The notes beneath the pieces are model-generated. The model saw only the letters and a list, made by a program, of their open reading frames with translations, had not been told where the DNA came from and did not search any database. From positions 1,600,001 to 1,664,000 of the forward strand of contig OY843751.1 in NCBI GenBank assembly GCA_963693055.1: 64,000 nucleotides of DNA, in the 5' to 3' direction. The DNA comes from a bacterium (lineage in GTDB: Bacteria > Zhuqueibacterota > Zhuqueibacteria > Residuimicrobiales > Krinioviventaceae). The position numbers and the translations under genes were made by a program. Shown here piece after piece: positions 60,095 through 64,000 of this stretch (within the stretch, counting starts at the first letter, position 1; each line of letters begins with the position of its first letter).

Positions 60095-61486
60095 TTATTG
60101 TTGCCAGGGTATACGACCTGCCTTTTGAATATGCAACATTAATGCTTTGAGCAGGAACTGGTATTGTGGATGCTGATCATCGGTAATGGGATGCTGTTCA
60201 GAGGGATCATCATCCAGATTGAAAAGAACATATGGTTCAAAGGGATTGTTTGCCAATAATTTCCAAGGACCACGTCTGGCTGCATAATAATCACTGCCGC
60301 GATAGCGGTTGTTACCTTCCCGTCGTACCCAGAATATGACACGGTCAGGGTCGCCCGCATCTTCTTTTCCCAAAAGCGCGTTGAGCATACTTTTGCCTTC
60401 AATCTCATGAGTTAGCGGCACACCGGCTGCTTCACAAAAAGTGGGAAAGAGGTCCATGGTCAGGGCCACGCCATTGCCGCTGCTTCCGGGTTTGATTTTA
60501 TCTTTCCAAACCGCGCACATGGGCTCACGGATGCCGCCTTCGTACATGTTTTGTTTTGCTCCACGCAGATGTAAATGATTTGCGCCCAGATCAACTCTGC
60601 CGCCATTGTCGGATGTGAATACAATGAGGGTATTGTTATATTGCCCGGTTTCTTTGAGCGCCTGAACAACCCTGCCTATACCGGCATCGAGATGTTCTAT
60701 GAGTGCTACCAATTTGACCCGTTTGGCATCCATTTGCGGTTCACGTTCACGTACCCTAGTCACCCAGTCTTTGGGCGGCTGAATTGGAGTATGCGGGGCA
60801 TTGTATGCCAAATAGAGAAAAAATGGATTGTCTGTTTCTGCCCGGCTTTTAATATAATCTGCCGACCAATCGGAGAAAAGATCGGAAGCATGTCCTTTGG
60901 GATCAATTTCTTTATCGTTCAAACGCATGTAATTATTACCATATCTTAGGTGGGTGTAATAATCATCCATCATGTCACCCAGAAAACCGTGAAAATGGTC
61001 AAATCCGCGTTCGTTCGGGGTAGAAGGAGATTTGAGTCCCAAATGCCACTTGCCAACAATGGCCGTGTGATAGTCGGCTTTTTTCAGCATCTGCGGGATC
61101 AGCACTGCATTGGGATTGAGGAAACCCCAACTGTCATCTGCATGAGTGCGGATCACACCGGGTACACCCACCAGATCGGGGTAACGACCAGTCAGCAGAG
61201 ACGCACGGGTGGGAGAGCATACGGGACAATTGGCATAAAAGGTATCGAACCGAATACCATCCGTATACAGTGCGTCAATATGGGGCGTGCGCATGTCTTT
61301 TGCGCCCATTGCGCCAAGATCGCCATAGCCCAGGTCATCCACCAGGATCATGAGAATATTGGGTTTGGGAGTTGATGCTTTAGAGTTTTGAGCGGTACAA
61401 GCTGCAAGGCCGGTTGAAACGGCTGCTGCACCCAGTGCTGTGGATTTGAGAAACGAACGGCGGGACAAACTGCTGGATTGAGACAT
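60095..61486 (-). CDS. Tat-exported arylsulfatase A-family sulfatase
   Basis: SRRSFLK, DDLGYGD, CSPTRASLLTGRY, GKWHLG and SDNG motifs. Confidence 0.95.
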   Translation of the reverse strand: MSQSSSLSRRSFLKSTALGAAAVSTGLAACTAQNSKASTPKPNILMILVDDLGYGDLGAMGAKDMRTPHIDALYTDGIRFDTFYANCPVCSPTRASLLTGRYPDLVGVPGVIRTHADDSWGFLNPNAVLIPQMLKKADYHTAIVGKWHLGLKSPSTPNERGFDHFHGFLGDMMDDYYTHLRYGNNYMRLNDKEIDPKGHASDLFSDWSADYIKSRAETDNPFFLYLAYNAPHTPIQPPKDWVTRVREREPQMDAKRVKLVALIEHLDAGIGRVVQALKETGQYNNTLIVFTSDNGGRVDLGANHLHLRGAKQNMYEGGIREPMCAVWKDKIKPGSSGNGVALTMDLFPTFCEAAGVPLTHEIEGKSMLNALLGKEDAGDPDRVIFWVRREGNNRYRGSDYYAARRGPWKLLANNPFEPYVLFNLDDDPSEQHPITDDQHPQYQFLLKALMLHIQKAGRIPWQQ

Positions 61487-61701
61487 GTCAGGCTCCGTTT
61501 TTTATTCTAGTATAAGGAAAAATTTCTAATGGATAAAGGTTTTTATTGATTTTTTCATAATTTATCAGATTATTAAAATATACAGGCAATTCATTCTTTA
61601 AATTGAAATTTATATGGCTTTTGTAAACAATGTTGAGTTTGAATTCGTTTAAATAAAAAAGATCAAGTTTTTTATTAATATTTGGGGAAAGGGGTGTATT
61701 A

Positions 61702-63096
61702 ATGTACCGTTTTCAATTTGCTCTTGTAGGAATATTGGGACTTTTTCTGTTTATCTATTGCGAAAAACAGGCTCCATCTCAGGTCTCTGCAACCCCTTCT
61801 AAACAGGCTGAAATTGATAAAAATTATCAACCTTATATTTATCAACTGGACTCGCTGATTTATCCTCTTGAAGGAGCTTCTCCTTTGTTGAGTCAGGATG
61901 ATTTGAAACCGTTTGATGTAATAGGTAGCTGTAAAATAGTAGGATTGGGGGAAGCTACGCACGGGACCAAAGAATTTTTTCAACTCAAACACAGAATATT
62001 CCAATATCTTGTTGAAAATCATGGTTACCGTATCTTTGCCTTTGAATCGGATATGGGAGAATCGTGGTATGTAAATCAATATATATTACATGGTATTGGT
62101 GATTTGGATGATATTATGAGAAATAAAATGCTGTTTTGGACATGGAGAACAAAAGAGGTGAAGGAATTACTACAATGGATGAGAAAGTATAATGTTGAGA
62201 ATGATGAGAAAATATATTTTGTTGGGATTGATTGTCAAATATTGTTGTTTCAAACAGAAATTATTCTCTCATATATAACACAATACTTGCCTGATTATCT
62301 TGACCAGGTTCAATCACGGCTTGATAAATTAATAGAGCATAGTCGTAACACAACAAAACAAAAGCAAGCTTGGTGCGAGGGTATGACATCTGATGATAAG
62401 AAAGATTTGAATGATGATGTAGATTCTGTCATTGCACTGATGGATTCAAAAAAAGCAGAACTTGTTCATGTTTCTTCATATTTCGAGTTCAAGTATATGC
62501 GACGATTACTGGTGAATTTGAAGCAAATCCTGGATGTAAAGTGTACGACTGCCAATACAATGGGTACTAATTATCGTGATATGTATATGGCGGAGAATGT
62601 GATATGGCTGATAAAAGCACTTGGCATTGAATCTAAAATTGCCGTTTGGGCCCATAATGCGCATATTGAGAACAATCCTTTACTCGGGTCTACGGGTTCT
62701 ATGGGATCATATATTAAAACTGAATTGGGAGAACAGTGTAAACTCGTTGGATTCAGTTTTGCACAGGGATCTTTTATTGCCTATACCCAAAGTCAGTCAG
62801 GACAAAATCTGTCAAGAGAAACCCAAACATTGCCTGCATTGCCTGTAACCGGATCAATTAATTATTTGTTCCATTTCTCTAAAGAAGACAATTTTATTTT
62901 AAATTTAGATGAAATTAGTCCAGGATCAATTTTATTTGAGTGGTTAACCCCTGCAAGACAGTTTATTATTGTTGGTACACATTTCAATGAATATTATTAT
63001 AAAAACGCAAAAAGTAATTATCAATATACTCAATTGTTGGATTATTATGATATTGTTATCCATTATGATAAAACCAGGGCATCCGAGCCATTATAA
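61702..63096 (+). CDS. Erythromycin esterase-family lipoprotein
   Basis: IVGLGEATHGTKEF, FAFES, FWTW, GIDCQ, RD.YMAEN and VWAHNAH motifs. Confidence 0.88.
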   Translation: MYRFQFALVGILGLFLFIYCEKQAPSQVSATPSKQAEIDKNYQPYIYQLDSLIYPLEGASPLLSQDDLKPFDVIGSCKIVGLGEATHGTKEFFQLKHRIFQYLVENHGYRIFAFESDMGESWYVNQYILHGIGDLDDIMRNKMLFWTWRTKEVKELLQWMRKYNVENDEKIYFVGIDCQILLFQTEIILSYITQYLPDYLDQVQSRLDKLIEHSRNTTKQKQAWCEGMTSDDKKDLNDDVDSVIALMDSKKAELVHVSSYFEFKYMRRLLVNLKQILDVKCTTANTMGTNYRDMYMAENVIWLIKALGIESKIAVWAHNAHIENNPLLGSTGSMGSYIKTELGEQCKLVGFSFAQGSFIAYTQSQSGQNLSRETQTLPALPVTGSINYLFHFSKEDNFILNLDEISPGSILFEWLTPARQFIIVGTHFNEYYYKNAKSNYQYTQLLDYYDIVIHYDKTRASEPL

Positions 63097-63219
63097 AATG
63101 GAATTTAATATTGATTTATATTGATAAATACACGAAATTGTTAAATCGGGGTTGTTGACTGATTTATATAACACATACTGTTACAGAAGCCGGGAATCTG
63201 AATTGGGAAGGATAATAGA

Positions 63220-64000
63220 ATGAATTGCTCAAAAACCCATATAGTAATTGTATTATTTTTATTTTTCTTTTTTTGGGGATGTGAAAAGAAATATAATCCT
63301 GTAGAAGCGGATACAAGTAATGTGGAATCAAGTTACCCAACTGTTTATTATCCGTTACCGGAAGATTATTTACAGGAACGCGCCAAAGCGTTTGACGAAC
63401 TTAATCCGGGTTTCAGCCCGGCAGAGTTTGATGAATATGGTTTTTTAAATATACCGTCCCATAATTTATCTAACATGCATTTTGGAAGCAAAGATACCAT
63501 TGCAAAAGAAAAAGCAGTAGAACTAGCACAACAATTTGTAATTAAAAACAAAAAGTTCACAAATGTGTATTCTGTTACAAATTTAAACAACTATTTTGCT
63601 GCCTATTGTGGGAATCATTGGGAAATCATTTTTAAACAGACAATTTTTGGTTACCCGATAAAGCATCCCGATGTTCAGATTTTAGTATATGTAAAAGATA
63701 ATGGTGTCTATGCTATTTATGGAGGATTTTATACAAATTCTCTGATCACTAAACCTGAAAAATATAATCGTATCAAAGCAATATCGAATCTTGATGGATA
63801 CCGCAGAAATTATAATTGTTGGGGTTCGTTTGAAATGGTAGTAGAGGCAGATATGATTGGCGAGCCCAATGATATTTTCTGGTGCGCGTTTGATATGGAT
63901 GGATGCAAGGAATTACATCTGGTGTGGCAAGTTCCCATAATGGACAATTATAACAGATATTGGATAGCATATGTTGATGCAATTACTTTTGAGGTTTTAA
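63220..64000 (+). CDS. Lipoprotein with FTP/PepSY-like propeptide region, truncated by the window end
   Basis: Not in the ORF track. Manual translation is open to the end: MNCSKTHIVIVLFLFFFFWGCEK...LVWQVP...YVDAITFEVL. Confidence 0.75.
   Translation, partial: MNCSKTHIVIVLFLFFFFWGCEKKYNPVEADTSNVESSYPTVYYPLPEDYLQERAKAFDELNPGFSPAEFDEYGFLNIPSHNLSNMHFGSKDTIAKEKAVELAQQFVIKNKKFTNVYSVTNLNNYFAAYCGNHWEIIFKQTIFGYPIKHPDVQILVYVKDNGVYAIYGGFYTNSLITKPEKYNRIKAISNLDGYRRNYNCWGSFEMVVEADMIGEPNDIFWCAFDMDGCKELHLVWQVPIMDNYNRYWIAYVDAITFEVL

Noticed and set aside
1-64000. CRISPR arrays, tRNA/rRNA, IS elements, prophage
   Set aside because: No regularly spaced direct repeats, tRNA arms, transposase, integrase or phage genes found by eye

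Overview
AT-rich bacterial chromosomal window with about 58 genes and no rRNA, tRNA, CRISPR, transposase, integrase or reverse transcriptase that I can recognise. Two secreted proteins with a C-terminal 'YPNPFN' sorting domain, Tat sulfatases and sugar isomerases, DUF5916, GH20 and sigma70-type promoters suggest an FCB-group organism such as KSB1 or Calditrichota (inference). Identified genes include an RND-MFP-TolC operon, alkaline phosphatase, BCP peroxiredoxin, rpsU, thiN, aminopeptidase P, an ABC-F (Uup-like) ATPase, an OmpR-type two-component pair with TolC, pyrC, an Nramp transporter, a cyclase, a ketopantoate reductase, two sulfatases and an erythromycin-esterase-family protein. The least explained signals are non-coding. 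(1) An 840-bp gene-free gap (47053-47893) holds two long hairpins whose G-U pairs favour opposite strands, with a terminator at each end; this may be an overlapping sense/antisense RNA pair. (2) A perfect TTGACA-17-TATAAT promoter appears to drive a ~135-nt terminated RNA with repeated CUUACCCC motifs (55.2-55.4 kb). (3) A dense cluster of several REP-like palindromes lies at 9.8-11.2 kb. Protein-level oddities include a GH39-like secreted protein lacking both catalytic glutamates, three tandem divergent beta-barrel-like paralogs, a secreted PQQ dehydrogenase-diheme cytochrome fusion and a nonsense-interrupted membrane gene. All calls come from reading the sequence; no database searches were run.
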